Positions 43,114 through 54,576 of a DNA stretch of 64,000 nt are shown in pieces. Positions within the stretch are counted from its first letter, which is position 1. Every line of letters begins with the position of its first letter. The stretch is from Obrimoposthia wandeli (lineage: Eukaryota), in assembly GCA_977020255.1 (NCBI GenBank), contig CDROCS010000506.1, forward strand, positions 1,488,001 to 1,552,000, in the 5' to 3' direction. Under the pieces are notes generated by a model. The model made no database searches. It saw only the letters and a list, made by a program, of their open reading frames with translations, and was not told where the DNA came from. The translations under genes were made by a program, and so were the position numbers.

Positions 43114-43379
43114 ATACAATCTAAAGTAGACCGTACAATTGAAATAACTAGGTATTATCTAGTTTTTTTCGCCTCAAGAATACTCAAGAACACTTCATTG
43201 TTATTACCGAAGTAATAACGTGTTTTAAGAACTTCTTTATTTATTCAGCTTTCCAAATTTTTAAAGAGCAATTTGCTAAAAAGCAAAGATAAGCGATGCT
43301 TATCTTTACTTTCTAACGTCTTTAACGTTTTCTATTCAAGCAATTTGTGTGGGCACTTACAAAAATTAACAACTTTACG

Positions 43380-43500
43380 TAAGGAGGTGATCCAGCCCCA
43401 GGTTCCCCTAGGGCTACCTTGTTACGACTTCACCCCAGTCATGAACCACACCGTGGTCATCGCCCTCCCGAAGGTTAAGCTAATGACTTCTGGTGCAGCC

Positions 43501-43554
<54 letters not shown>

Positions 43555-43712
43555 GACATTCTGATTCACGATTACTAGCGATTCCGACTTCATGGGGTCG
43601 AGTTGCAGACCCCAATCCGGACTACGACGCACTTTATGGGATTCGCTTACCATCGCTGGTTTGCAGCCCTTTGTATGCGCCATTGTAGCACGTGTGTAGC
43701 CCTACTCGTAAG

Positions 43713-43765
<53 letters not shown>

Positions 43766-43805
43766 CTCCTTAGAGTTCCCACCATTACGTGCTGGCAAAT
43801 AAGGA

Positions 43806-43841
<36 letters not shown>

Positions 43842-43847
43842 TTCACA

Positions 43848-43879
<32 letters not shown>

Positions 43880-43935
43880 CTCACAGTTCCCGAAGGCACT
43901 GAGGTATCTCTACCAGATTCTGTGGATGTCAAGAG

Positions 43936-44006
<71 letters not shown>

Positions 44007-44112
44007 ATTTGAGTTTTAACCTTGCGGCCGTACTCCCCAGGCGGTCTACTTAATGCGTTAGCTTAAGAGCCCAGTTCTCAAGGAACCAAACTCCGAGTAG
44101 ACATCGTTTACG

Positions 44113-44146
<34 letters not shown>

Positions 44147-44367
44147 ACCCACGCTTTCGCATCTGAGCGTCAGTTACTTGCCAGGTGGCCGCCTTCGCCA
44201 CTGGTATTCCTTCAGATCTCTACGCATTTCACCGCTACACCTGAAATTCTACCACCCTCTCAAGAACTCTAGTTTGCCAGTTCGAAATGCAGTTCTGGTT
44301 GAGCCCGGGGCTTTCACATCTCGCTTAACAAACCGCCTGCATGCGCTTTACGCCCAGTAATTCCGAT

Positions 44368-44423
<56 letters not shown>

Positions 44424-44551
44424 CTTCTGCGAGTAACGTCACAGTGATAAAGTATTAATTTACCACCTTTCCTCCTCGCTGAAAGTACTTTACAACCCGA
44501 AGGCCTTCTTCATACACGCGGTATGGCTGCATCAGGCTTTCGCCCATTGTG

Positions 44552-44634
<83 letters not shown>

Positions 44635-44922
44635 GGGATCGTCGCCTTGGTGAGCTCTTACCTCACCAACAAGCTAATCCCACTTGGGCTCATCTAGTCG
44701 CGAGAGCTTTCAAGAAGAGGCCCCCTTTCACCCGTAGGTCGTATGCGGTATTAGCAGTCGTTTCCAACTGTTGTCCCCCTCGACTAGGCAGATTCCCAAG
44801 CATTACTCACCCGTCCGCCGCTCGACGCCAGAATAGCAAGCTATTCTTCGTTTCCGCTCGACTTGCATGTGTTAAGCCTACCGCCAGCGTTCAATCTGAG
44901 CCATGATCAAACTCTTCAATTA
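43380..44922 (-). rRNA. rrs: 16S rRNA (downstream operon)
   Basis: AGAGTTTGATCATGGCTCAG ... GGATCACCTCCTTA. Confidence 0.98.
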
Positions 44923-45114
44923 AAAGTTTTTTGACTAACCCAATCTACAAGTAGATTCGATTAAGTCGGCTCAATGAATTCTGTACTTCAACAACAAACC
45001 GAAGTTCGTTGTTTATAAAACCAAATCTTTCGATTTAATTTAATGTTCACAATTACATTGATATAATATTTGGTCATTATATCTCTGCAAGTGCTCACAC
45101 AGATTGCTTGAATA

Positions 45115-45130
45115 AATTGTTAAAGAGCAT
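45115..45130 (-). promoter_or_regulatory. boxA antitermination site, leader of downstream operon
   Basis: TGCTCTTTAACAATTT on minus strand; same motif at about 50509-50524 and a variant in both 16S-23S spacers. Confidence 0.85.
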
Positions 45131-45221
45131 AAATTGCGTTTAAAACGACAATTTGCATATAATTCTAATCAAAACTATATGCAAATTGTAGTAACTTTCG
45201 TTACAACAATTTTAATTTGGT

Positions 45222-45339
45222 GCTTGGCGATGCCCTACTCTCACATGGGGAAGCCCCACACTACCATCGGCGTTATTACGTTTCACTACTGAGTTCGGAA
45301 TGGAATCAGGTGGTACCGCAACACTATGGTCACCAAGCA
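45222..45339 (-). rRNA. rrf: 5S rRNA (upstream operon)
   Basis: Near-identical to 39963-40080. Confidence 0.95.
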
Positions 45340-45473
45340 AATCTGGTTTGCTTTCTATAGAAGTTTTCACTTCGTTTTAATCTGAAAAGCTATAAATAAA
45401 GAAGTCTTTAAAACGTAAAGTGTTCAATCTATTCTTAAGTCGATATTTCAATTAATCATACTTTAATTTGTAT

Positions 45474-45608
45474 GGTTAAGCCTCACGGGTAATTAGTACA
45501 AGTTAGCTCAATGCCTCACAGCACTTACACACCTTGCCTATCAACGTTGTAGTCTCCAACGGCCCTTTAGGGAGCTTAAAGCTCCAGTGAGAACTCATCT
45601 CGAGGCCT

Positions 45609-45639
<31 letters not shown>

Positions 45640-45808
45640 AGTTCCGAACTTAGCTACCGGGCAATGCTATTGGCATAACAACCCGAACACCAGTGGTTCG
45701 TCCACTCCGGTCCTCTCGTACTAGGAGCAGCTCCTCTCAATTCTCAAACGCCCACGGCAGATAGGGACCGAACTGTCTCACGACGTTCTAAACCCAGCTC
45801 GCGTACCA

Positions 45809-45841
<33 letters not shown>

Positions 45842-45843
45842 AA

Positions 45844-45886
<43 letters not shown>

Positions 45887-45915
45887 ACCGCCGTCGATAT
45901 GAACTCTTGGGCGGT

Positions 45916-45971
<56 letters not shown>

Positions 45972-46092
45972 AGAACCACCGGATCACTAAGACCTACTTT
46001 CGTACCTGCTCGACGTGTCTGTCTCGCAGTTAAGCTGGCTTATGCCTTTGCACTAACCACATGATGTCCAACCATGTTTAGCCAACCTTCGT

Positions 46093-46135
<43 letters not shown>

Positions 46136-46393
46136 ACCCACCAGACACTGTCCGCAATCCCGATAAGGGACCTACGTTAGAACATCAAACGTACAAGGGT
46201 GGTATTTCAAGGTAGACTCCACATCATCTAGCGACAATGTTTCACAGTCTCCCACCTATCCTACACATGTAGGTTCAATGTTCAGTGCCAAGCTATAGTA
46301 AAGGTTCACGGGGTCTTTCCGTCTAGCCGCGGGTACACTGCATCTTAACAGCGATTTCAATTTCACTGAGTCTCGGGTGGAGACAGCGTGGCC

Positions 46394-46491
<98 letters not shown>

Positions 46492-48370
46492 CATGAGCTT
46501 CGACCTAAGTCTAACCCAATCAATTAACCTTCCGGCACCGGGCAGGCGTCACACCGTATACGTCATCTTTCGATTTTGCACAGTGCTGTGTTTTTAATAA
46601 ACAGTTGCAGCCACCATTTCTCTGCGACCAACAATAGCTTACGGAGCAAGTCCTTCACCATCATTGGCGTACCTTCTCCCGAAGTTACGGTACCATTTTG
46701 CCTAGTTCCTTCACCCGAGTTCTCTCAAGCGCCTTAGTATTCTCTACCTAACCACCTGTGTCGGTTTGGGGTACGATTCTCTCATATCTGAAGCTTAGAG
46801 GTTTTTCCTGGAAGCCGGGTATCAACTACTTCATCTCCGTAGAGACTCGTCATCAGTTCTCAGCATTCTCATTAAAGAGAGCGACCCGGATTTGCCTAAG
46901 TCACTTGCCTACTACCTTAAACATGGACAACCATCGCCATGCTAGCCTAACCTTCTCCGTCACCCCATCGCAATATAAGCGAGTACTGGAATATTAACCA
47001 GTTTCCCATCGACTACGCCTTTCGGCCTCGCCTTAGAGTCGACTCACCCTGCCCCGATTAACGTTGGACAGGAACCCTTGGTCTTTCGGCGTGGAGGTTT
47101 TTCACCCCCATTATCGTTACTCATGTCAACATTCGCACTTCTGATACCTCCAGCAAGCTTCTCAACTCACCTTCAACGGCTTACAGAACGCTCCTCTACC
47201 ATGCAAGAACAAGTCTTGCATCCGTAGCTTCGGTGGTATGTTTAGCCCCGTTAAATCTTCCGCGCAGACCGACTCGACCAGTGAGCTATTACGCTTTCTT
47301 TAAAAGATGGCTGCTTCTAAGCCAACTTCCTGGCTGTCTGAGCCTTTCCACATCGTTTCCCACTTAACATACACTTTGGGACCTTAGCTGACGGTCTGGG
47401 TTGTTTCCCTTTCCACGACGGACGTTAGCACCCGCCGTGTGTCTCCCGCGATTGAACTTATTGGTATTCGGAGTTTGCAAAGGGTTGGTAAGTCGGGATG
47501 ACCCCTAGCCTTAACAGTGCTCTACCCCCAATAGTTAGACGCGAGGCGCTACCTAAATAGCTTTCGAGGAGAACCAGCTATCTCCCGGTTTGATTGGCCT
47601 TTCACCCCCAGCCACAAGTCATCCGCTAATTTTTCAACATTAGTCGGTTCGGTCCTCCAGTTGATGTTACTCAACCTTCAACCTGCCCATGGCTAGATCA
47701 CCGGGTTTCGGGTCTAATCCCAGCAACTATTCGCGCAGTTAACACTCGGTTTCCCTACGGCTCCGCTATTCGCTTAACCTTGCTACTGAAATTAAGTCGT
47801 TGACCCATTATACAAAAGGTACGCAGTCACAGAACAAGTCTGCTCCCACTGCTTGTACGTATACGGTTTCAGGTTCTATTTCACTCCCCTCACAGGGGTT
47901 CTTTTCGCCTTTCCCTCACGGTACTGGTTCACTATCGGTCAGTCAGTAGTATTTAGCCTTGGAAGATGGTCCTCCCATATTCAAACAGCATATCACGTGT
48001 GCCGTCCTACTCGATTTCACAGTAAGGTCGTTTTCATGTACGGGACTATCACCCTGTATCGTGAAACTTTCCAGATTCTTCCATTAACTTCCAAACTGCT
48101 TAAGGGCTAGACCCCGTTCGCTCGCCGCTACTAAGGGTATCTCTATTGATTTCTTTTCCTCGGGGTACTTAGATGTTTCAGTTCTCCCGGTTCGCTTCGT
48201 TAAGCTATGTATTCACTTAACGATACCTTACTTAGTAAGGTGGGTTCCCCCATTCGGAAATCTGTGGATTAACGCTTTTTATCAACTCCCCACAGCTTAA
48301 CGCAGATTAACACGTCCTTCATCGCCTCTGACTGCCTAGGCATCCACCGTATACGCTTAGTCACTTAACC
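45474..48370 (-). rRNA. rrl: 23S rRNA (upstream operon)
   Basis: Near-identical to 40216-43113. Confidence 0.97.
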
Positions 48371-48597
48371 ATACAATCTAAAGTAGACCGTACAATTGAA
48401 ATAACTAGGTATTATCTAGTTTTTTTCGCCTCAAGAATACTCAAGAACACTTCATTGTTATTACCGAAGTAATAACGTGTTTTAAGAACTTCTTTATTTA
48501 TTCAGCTTTCCAAATTTTTAAAGAGCAATTTGCTAAAAAGCAAAAATAATGAATCTAAAGAGATTAGTTATTTTTGATTTTTAGTCAGAGAGTAAAG

Positions 48598-48673
48598 TGG
48601 TATCCCGTACGAGATTTGAACTCGTGTTACCGCCGTGAAAGGGCGGTGTCCTAGGCCTCTAGACGAACGGGAC
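48598..48673 (-). tRNA. tRNA-Glu (TTC) in 16S-23S spacer
   Basis: 76 nt, CCGCC-CTTTCAC-GGCGG anticodon arm, encoded CCA. Confidence 0.96.
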
Positions 48674-48772
48674 ACTATTTACTTTCACGATTGGATTTCA
48701 TCCCAATCGTTGTCTTCAACGTTTCTATTCAAGCAATTTGTGTGGGCACTTACAAAAATTAACAACTTTACG

Positions 48773-48893
48773 TAAGGAGGTGATCCAGCCCCAGGTTCCC
48801 CTAGGGCTACCTTGTTACGACTTCACCCCAGTCATGAACCACACCGTGGTCATCGCCCTCCCGAAGGTTAAGCTAATGACTTCTGGTGCAGCC

Positions 48894-48947
<54 letters not shown>

Positions 48948-49105
48948 GACATTCTGATTCACGATTACTAGCGATTCCGACTTCATGGGGTCGAGTTGCA
49001 GACCCCAATCCGGACTACGACGCACTTTATGGGATTCGCTTACCATCGCTGGTTTGCAGCCCTTTGTATGCGCCATTGTAGCACGTGTGTAGCCCTACTC
49101 GTAAG

Positions 49106-49158
<53 letters not shown>

Positions 49159-49198
49159 CTCCTTAGAGTTCCCACCATTACGTGCTGGCAAATAAGGA

Positions 49199-49234
<36 letters not shown>

Positions 49235-49240
49235 TTCACA

Positions 49241-49272
<32 letters not shown>

Positions 49273-49328
49273 CTCACAGTTCCCGAAGGCACTGAGGTAT
49301 CTCTACCAGATTCTGTGGATGTCAAGAG

Positions 49329-49399
<71 letters not shown>

Positions 49400-49505
49400 A
49401 TTTGAGTTTTAACCTTGCGGCCGTACTCCCCAGGCGGTCTACTTAATGCGTTAGCTTAAGAGCCCAGTTCTCAAGGAACCAAACTCCGAGTAGACATCGT
49501 TTACG

Positions 49506-49539
<34 letters not shown>

Positions 49540-49761
49540 ACCCACGCTTTCGCATCTGAGCGTCAGTTACTTGCCGGTGGCCGCCTTCGCCACTGGTATT
49601 CCTTCAGATCTCTACGCATTTCACCGCTACACCTGAAATTCTACCACCCTCTCAAGAACTCTAGTTTGCCAGTTCGAAATGCAGTTCCCAGGTTGAGCCC
49701 GGGGCTTTCACATCTCGCTTAACAAACCGCCTGCATGCGCTTTACGCCCAGTAATTCCGAT

Positions 49762-49817
<56 letters not shown>

Positions 49818-49945
49818 CTTCTGCGAGTAACGTCACAGCTGCAGCGTATTAAGCTACAACCTTTCCTCCTCGCTGAAAGTACTTTACAACCCGAAGGCCT
49901 TCTTCATACACGCGGTATGGCTGCATCAGGCTTTCGCCCATTGTG

Positions 49946-50028
<83 letters not shown>

Positions 50029-50316
50029 GGGATCGTCGCCTTGGTGAGCTCTTACCTCACCAACAAGCTAATCCCACTTGGGCTCATCTAGTCGCGAGAG
50101 CTTTCAAGAAGAGGCCCCCTTTCACCCGTAGGTCGTATGCGGTATTAGCAGTCGTTTCCAACTGTTGTCCCCCTCGACTAGGCAGATTCCCAAGCATTAC
50201 TCACCCGTCCGCCGCTCGACGCCAGAATAGCAAGCTACTCTTCGTTTCCGCTCGACTTGCATGTGTTAAGCCTACCGCCAGCGTTCAATCTGAGCCATGA
50301 TCAAACTCTTCAATTA
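48773..50316 (-). rRNA. rrs: 16S rRNA (upstream operon)
   Basis: Same conserved ends as 43380-44922. Confidence 0.98.
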
Positions 50317-50549
50317 AAAGTTTTTTGACTAACCCAATCTACAAGTAGATTCGATTAAGTCGGCTCAATGAATTCTGTACTTCAACAACAAACCGAAGTT
50401 TGTTGTTTATAAAACCAAATCTTTCGATTTAATTTAATGTTCACAATTACATTGATATAATATTTGGTCATTATATCTCTGCAAGTGCTCACACAGATTG
50501 CTTGAATAAATTGTTAAAGAGCATACTGAGCGGCTGTTGCCGTGTCAGT

Positions 50550-50584
50550 GGGAGCGATTATAGAGAAACTGGTTTCATTGGCAA
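50550..50584 (-). promoter_or_regulatory. rrn sigma70 promoter
   Basis: TTGCCA-16 bp-TATAAT-CGCTCCC; the 16-bp spacer and GC discriminator are typical of rrn promoters. Confidence 0.88.
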
Positions 50585-50740
50585 GTGTTAAACTAATATT
50601 TATGACAGTTTTACTTAATTCGACTAAAAAACACTCAAAAAGTAACTTTTAAAGACATCTAGCTAGTTTAAGGTGGTGTTAGCGACCTTAAATGCAGAAC
50701 ACAATACCCGCTAATCGTCGAATTAGACGTTATATAATGA

Positions 50741-50766
50741 TAAATACGAGCATTACATGCCGTTAT
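50741..50766 (+). promoter_or_regulatory. Possible sigma28 promoter of second MCP
   Basis: TAAA-N14-GCCGTTAT; spacing one base short and -10 imperfect. Confidence 0.35.
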
Positions 50767-50870
50767 TACTCTAAAGATAAAGAAACAACCTCTATTTATA
50801 TAATAGTCATATAACTGTCACCTTAGGCTTTTACACTGCAGTGCATTAACAGCTAAGCTTAATCAGGAAG

Positions 50871-52805
50871 ATGACCTTGCGTATTACAACCTTTTCTCGA
50901 ATCAGTTCTCTTACTTTAATCTGCCTCTCGCTCTTAATGACTTATACGCTTTATGGTAGCCACCAGCAACTCAATCGGCTTGATCTACAAAATTCGATGT
51001 TTGCGCAGATGAAAGAGCAAGTCACCATAAAACTCAATCATTCCATCTCTGAATATTTACAACAAGGTAATACAGCTGACTTACAACAATCAGGGCAACT
51101 CATAGACCAATTGATTGACTCTCTCGATCAACTTGCCAGTGCTATTGATACCACAGCGCTCAACCACCAGCTCAATCAATTTGCTGCATTAGTAGAAGGT
51201 CCGTTACGCTCATCAGGAAAATTTGCTTCCGACCACTTTCAACTACTGAACTTCAACGAAAAAGAATTAGCGGATAACTTATCACTATTAAAGCGTCAGT
51301 TATTGCAGCATGACATGCCATTGCGCCAAACAGATTTAATCCTTATCAGTGATATTCAAGCAAGTCTTGCGCATTTAACCAATCAACGCCAACGTTACTT
51401 TAATCAGTTACAAGCATCACAATGGCAAGAGCTCCTATTGGTAGTAGAAGAAAGCGCGGTACTTATAAATGAACTATCGCAATTTGGCCGTTATGACAGT
51501 ACAGATGAGCAAGAAATTGAAGACGGTAATTTTCTTGATGATGAGGAAGGTGAAGAAAGCTTATTTATAGTGGATATCACCAACGAACTACAAAGCCTTA
51601 TTAACCGTTATCCAAAAGAATTATTAAATACTAAAACAGTGCTTTCCGAACAAGCTGATAATCAACAGTTAGTATTAACCGCGATCAACAATATTCAAGC
51701 GGCTATTTTAGCATTAGAAAAGCCAGTCAATGATTATGCCAACGGTCAACGCCAAAATACCTATCTATACCTTGCGATTATCGCACTGAGTTTAATTCTA
51801 TTTGGTATCGGTTTATTTTATGCCGAAAAGTATTGGGTTGTAAAACCACTCATTACATTAGATAAAGCCCTCGCCTCTTTAGTCGAAAGCAATACCCGCG
51901 AACGCCTAACCTTCGCAGATAACAACAGTGAGATAGGTTTAATAGCCCTACACTTCAATCAATTATTGGATAATATCAATCAAGAACAGCTCACTAAACT
52001 CACTCAAGTCGAGCAAGTCACTCAGGCGTTAAACTTACTGCAAGATGATTTTCAATCGATTAGTCAATATGCGCAAGCAAGTAGCTCTGCCATTAGTGAT
52101 ATCTCTACCGGCGTATCAGAAATTAATTCGCTCGCGCAAAAAGTCGATGCCGATACGCAGTCTGTGCATAACCTGACACAGCAAACCAATCAACAAATGT
52201 ATAAAGCTGCCAGTCAGATCACCGATTTTAGCTTAGCGACCGAACAAACCAAACAAGCGGGCAGTGCCAGCTTAAAAGCCATCAAAACATTAAATACCAA
52301 TATGGAGAATGTGGAAACGATCGTAACATCGATTCATCGGATCGCCGATCAAACCAATTTACTTGCCCTCAATGCAGCAATTGAAGCTGCTCGCGCAGGT
52401 GAGAAAGGCCGTGGGTTTGCCGTCGTCGCTGATGAAGTCCGTAATTTATCCAAACAAACCCAGCAAGCGCTAGAACAAATTAGTAATTTTCTTGGTCAAC
52501 TACATCACTCTAGCCAATCACTCGAACATGAAGTTGATCATATTGCCCAACGTTGCCACCAGCAGTTAACGAATGCGCATGAAATGCATCAAGAGATAAA
52601 CGCGGTGATCCAACAATCAGAACAATCACAACAAGATGCCGCAAATAGTAGCCAAAATACCCGCCAGCAAGTTAGCCATATTAGTGCGGTGAATACGCAG
52701 ATGGCTGCACTGCAAAATCACAGTGAAGAAACTCGCCATAAAACCCAATCAGCGCAACAACAAGTCTCGACCCAAGTGCAGAAAATATTAACTATCTTTG
52801 CTTAA
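50871..52805 (+). CDS. Methyl-accepting chemotaxis protein with large helical periplasmic domain
   Basis: Two TM helices, about 270-aa periplasmic region, [38 protein letters not shown]. Confidence 0.93.
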   Translation: MTLRITTFSRISSLTLICLSLLMTYTLYGSHQQLNRLDLQNSMFAQMKEQVTIKLNHSISEYLQQGNTADLQQSGQLIDQLIDSLDQLASAIDTTALNHQLNQFAALVEGPLRSSGKFASDHFQLLNFNEKELADNLSLLKRQLLQHDMPLRQTDLILISDIQASLAHLTNQRQRYFNQLQASQWQELLLVVEESAVLINELSQFGRYDSTDEQEIEDGNFLDDEEGEESLFIVDITNELQSLINRYPKELLNTKTVLSEQADNQQLVLTAINNIQAAILALEKPVNDYANGQRQNTYLYLAIIALSLILFGIGLFYAEKYWVVKPLITLDKALASLVESNTRERLTFADNNSEIGLIALHFNQLLDNINQEQLTKLTQVEQVTQALNLLQDDFQSISQYAQASSSAISDISTGVSEINSLAQKVDADTQSVHNLTQQTNQQMYKAASQITDFSLATEQTKQAGSASLKAIKTLNTNMENVETIVTSIHRIADQTNLLALNAAIEAARAGEKGRGFAVVADEVRNLSKQTQQALEQISNFLGQLHHSSQSLEHEVDHIAQRCHQQLTNAHEMHQEINAVIQQSEQSQQDAANSSQNTRQQVSHISAVNTQMAALQNHSEETRHKTQSAQQQVSTQVQKILTIFA

Positions 52806-52813
52806 CCTAAAAG

Positions 52814-53350
52814 TTAGAAACTTGAACCGGGAGTCGCAAGAAAGTCGAGTTCCGCGGCTGTCGACTCTCGGCCTAGAATAATATTACGGTGTGGATAACG
52901 ACCAAACTTCTCAATAATAACCTGATGCTGTAATTCAAAATCAAGATTCGATTGAATATCATTACCTTTATAGAGAAATACTGCTTGTTGATGAATAATC
53001 GCGGATTCACTATGCATAAACGGCATATAAAGAAAACTACACTGTAACTGTGACAACTCTCTGTCAGCACCACATGCGATCGCTTCTTGGGCAAGGACTA
53101 ATGCCATATTATCAGCAGTAAATGCACCCGGCGTATCACGATACATATTTCGCGAAAACTGATCCAAAATAATAATTTCAGCTAATCGCCCTTCAGCACT
53201 GCGACGCCAATGAAATAACTCCCCCGCAACAGCGCGTTGATGTAACTCACTAAAACGATCCAAAATTACTTGATCAAATTCACTATCTTTAACCCACCAT
53301 TTAGCAGGATTAATATCTTCAAACCAAAACTTAATCACTTCTTTATACAT
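52814..53350 (-). CDS. DUF924 family protein
   Basis: VIKFWF, LAEIIILDQFSRNMYR, FLYMPFMHSE, IEKFGRYPHRN..LGREST..E motifs. Confidence 0.9.
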   Translation of the reverse strand: MYKEVIKFWFEDINPAKWWVKDSEFDQVILDRFSELHQRAVAGELFHWRRSAEGRLAEIIILDQFSRNMYRDTPGAFTADNMALVLAQEAIACGADRELSQLQCSFLYMPFMHSESAIIHQQAVFLYKGNDIQSNLDFELQHQVIIEKFGRYPHRNIILGRESTAAELDFLATPGSSF

Positions 53351-53527
53351 AATTAAACCCATCTCCAATGATCCCACTAATTGAGTATAGGTTAACGTGA
53401 ATCACTGAGCCCAATCATTATCAACATCAGGATCTCAGTTTTCACATTTAAGTATTATTTTTCCATCCATTATGAGCAGATCATAACTTTGCAGTCTAAG
53501 GCCTTACTTTTAATCACCTAGATGTGA

Positions 53528-54262
53528 CTAAAATTTAATATTCCAACCCATTACCACGCCATGCGTCACCGTATCATAGCCAAACTGTTTATCTGTAACA
53601 GGTCTAAAGTCATGACCATTATCGTAATCAACCCATACTGCTTTATAGGCTAAATGCAATTCTGACCACTCGTTAATCGCATAACGAACACCGGTATTAA
53701 CCTGTCCGGTAAATTTGGTATCAGTCCCAGCGCCAGCATCAACTAAAGTTTCAAATGTCCAATCTTGGCTTAGTTGTTTGCTATAACGTACGCCAACAAC
53801 ATAATCGACCCAATCTACACCAGTTTCTCCCATTTCAGCATCAAGGGTTATATCCCACCAACGAATACCGGCCATATAATCCACGGTGCCAAAATCATAC
53901 TCATAGCGCTTAAAGCCTTTAGCTTCTAATACACCTTGGTGTAATAATCCGCTTACTGGGTCTGCATCTAAATTCATAAACGCATAATCAAATGAATAAC
54001 CCCAGCCGCTACTGTGCAGGCCTTCAGTATGCGCCATACCGCCCATTTTCAATTTAGAGAAGATATCGTTGGTACTTAAATCAAGTTGCGCATCAATAGG
54101 GCCTGCTTGCGTAGAACCATCAATATTGGTTAATTGACCGTATAGCTCGACGCTAAAGTCCCATGATGATACTTCCGTTGTTGATGCATCTGTATCGGCG
54201 GCAATGGTTTGCAAAGGAAGAAAAGCACAACATAGCGCTATGGATTTAATCGCTGTATTCAT
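53528..54262 (-). CDS. Putative outer-membrane beta-barrel protein
   Basis: Signal peptide ending AA, alternating-aromatic strands (DYVVGVRYS, TGVRYAIN), C-terminal GWNIKF. Confidence 0.72.
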   Translation of the reverse strand: MNTAIKSIALCCAFLPLQTIAADTDASTTEVSSWDFSVELYGQLTNIDGSTQAGPIDAQLDLSTNDIFSKLKMGGMAHTEGLHSSGWGYSFDYAFMNLDADPVSGLLHQGVLEAKGFKRYEYDFGTVDYMAGIRWWDITLDAEMGETGVDWVDYVVGVRYSKQLSQDWTFETLVDAGAGTDTKFTGQVNTGVRYAINEWSELHLAYKAVWVDYDNGHDFRPVTDKQFGYDTVTHGVVMGWNIKF

Positions 54263-54493
54263 CAAATTAACCTCAATATTTATAATGAGGTTATTGTCCA
54301 ACGTTACCTTAATTATAACGACTCGTAATTCTTCTAGTAATAAGCAAAACTAATAGCGGGTTTGATATAGATCCTATTCATTAACCCCCCTGAATCGCTA
54401 AAGAGAGGTAACACCAAGTAATTATCCACCAGCATGATCTGTCAGATAATGCTGTCAGCCTAAATAGAAATAAGCAAAGCTACTACCACAAAC

Positions 54494-54524
54494 AAAAAAA
54501 CCGCGTACCAAAGGCACACGGTTT
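54494..54524 (-). terminator. Terminator after HlyD gene
   Basis: Minus strand CCGTGT...ACGCGG followed by T7. Confidence 0.7.
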
Positions 54525-54576
54525 AAATAGTGATTCAAATAAAGGCGAACCTCTAATGATTGCATTGCATCGAATG

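Noticed and set aside
41778-49580. Single-base indels between rRNA copies (23S CCTTAGGAGTC vs CCTTAGAGTC; GTCTTTGCAT vs GTCTTGCAT; 16S GTTCTGGTTG vs GTTCCCAGGTTG; GCCAGGTGG vs GCCGGTGG)
   Set aside because: Each breaks a conserved helix without compensation, and the defective allele alternates between copies. Most likely polishing errors in repeats; read mapping would settle it.
41500-50300. ORFs of 67-101 aa within the rRNA operons (41500, 41821, 42596, 43273, 43480, 43634, 44142, 44607 and their duplicates)
   Set aside because: They lie entirely within or antisense to 16S/23S rRNA; these are well-known spurious ORFs.
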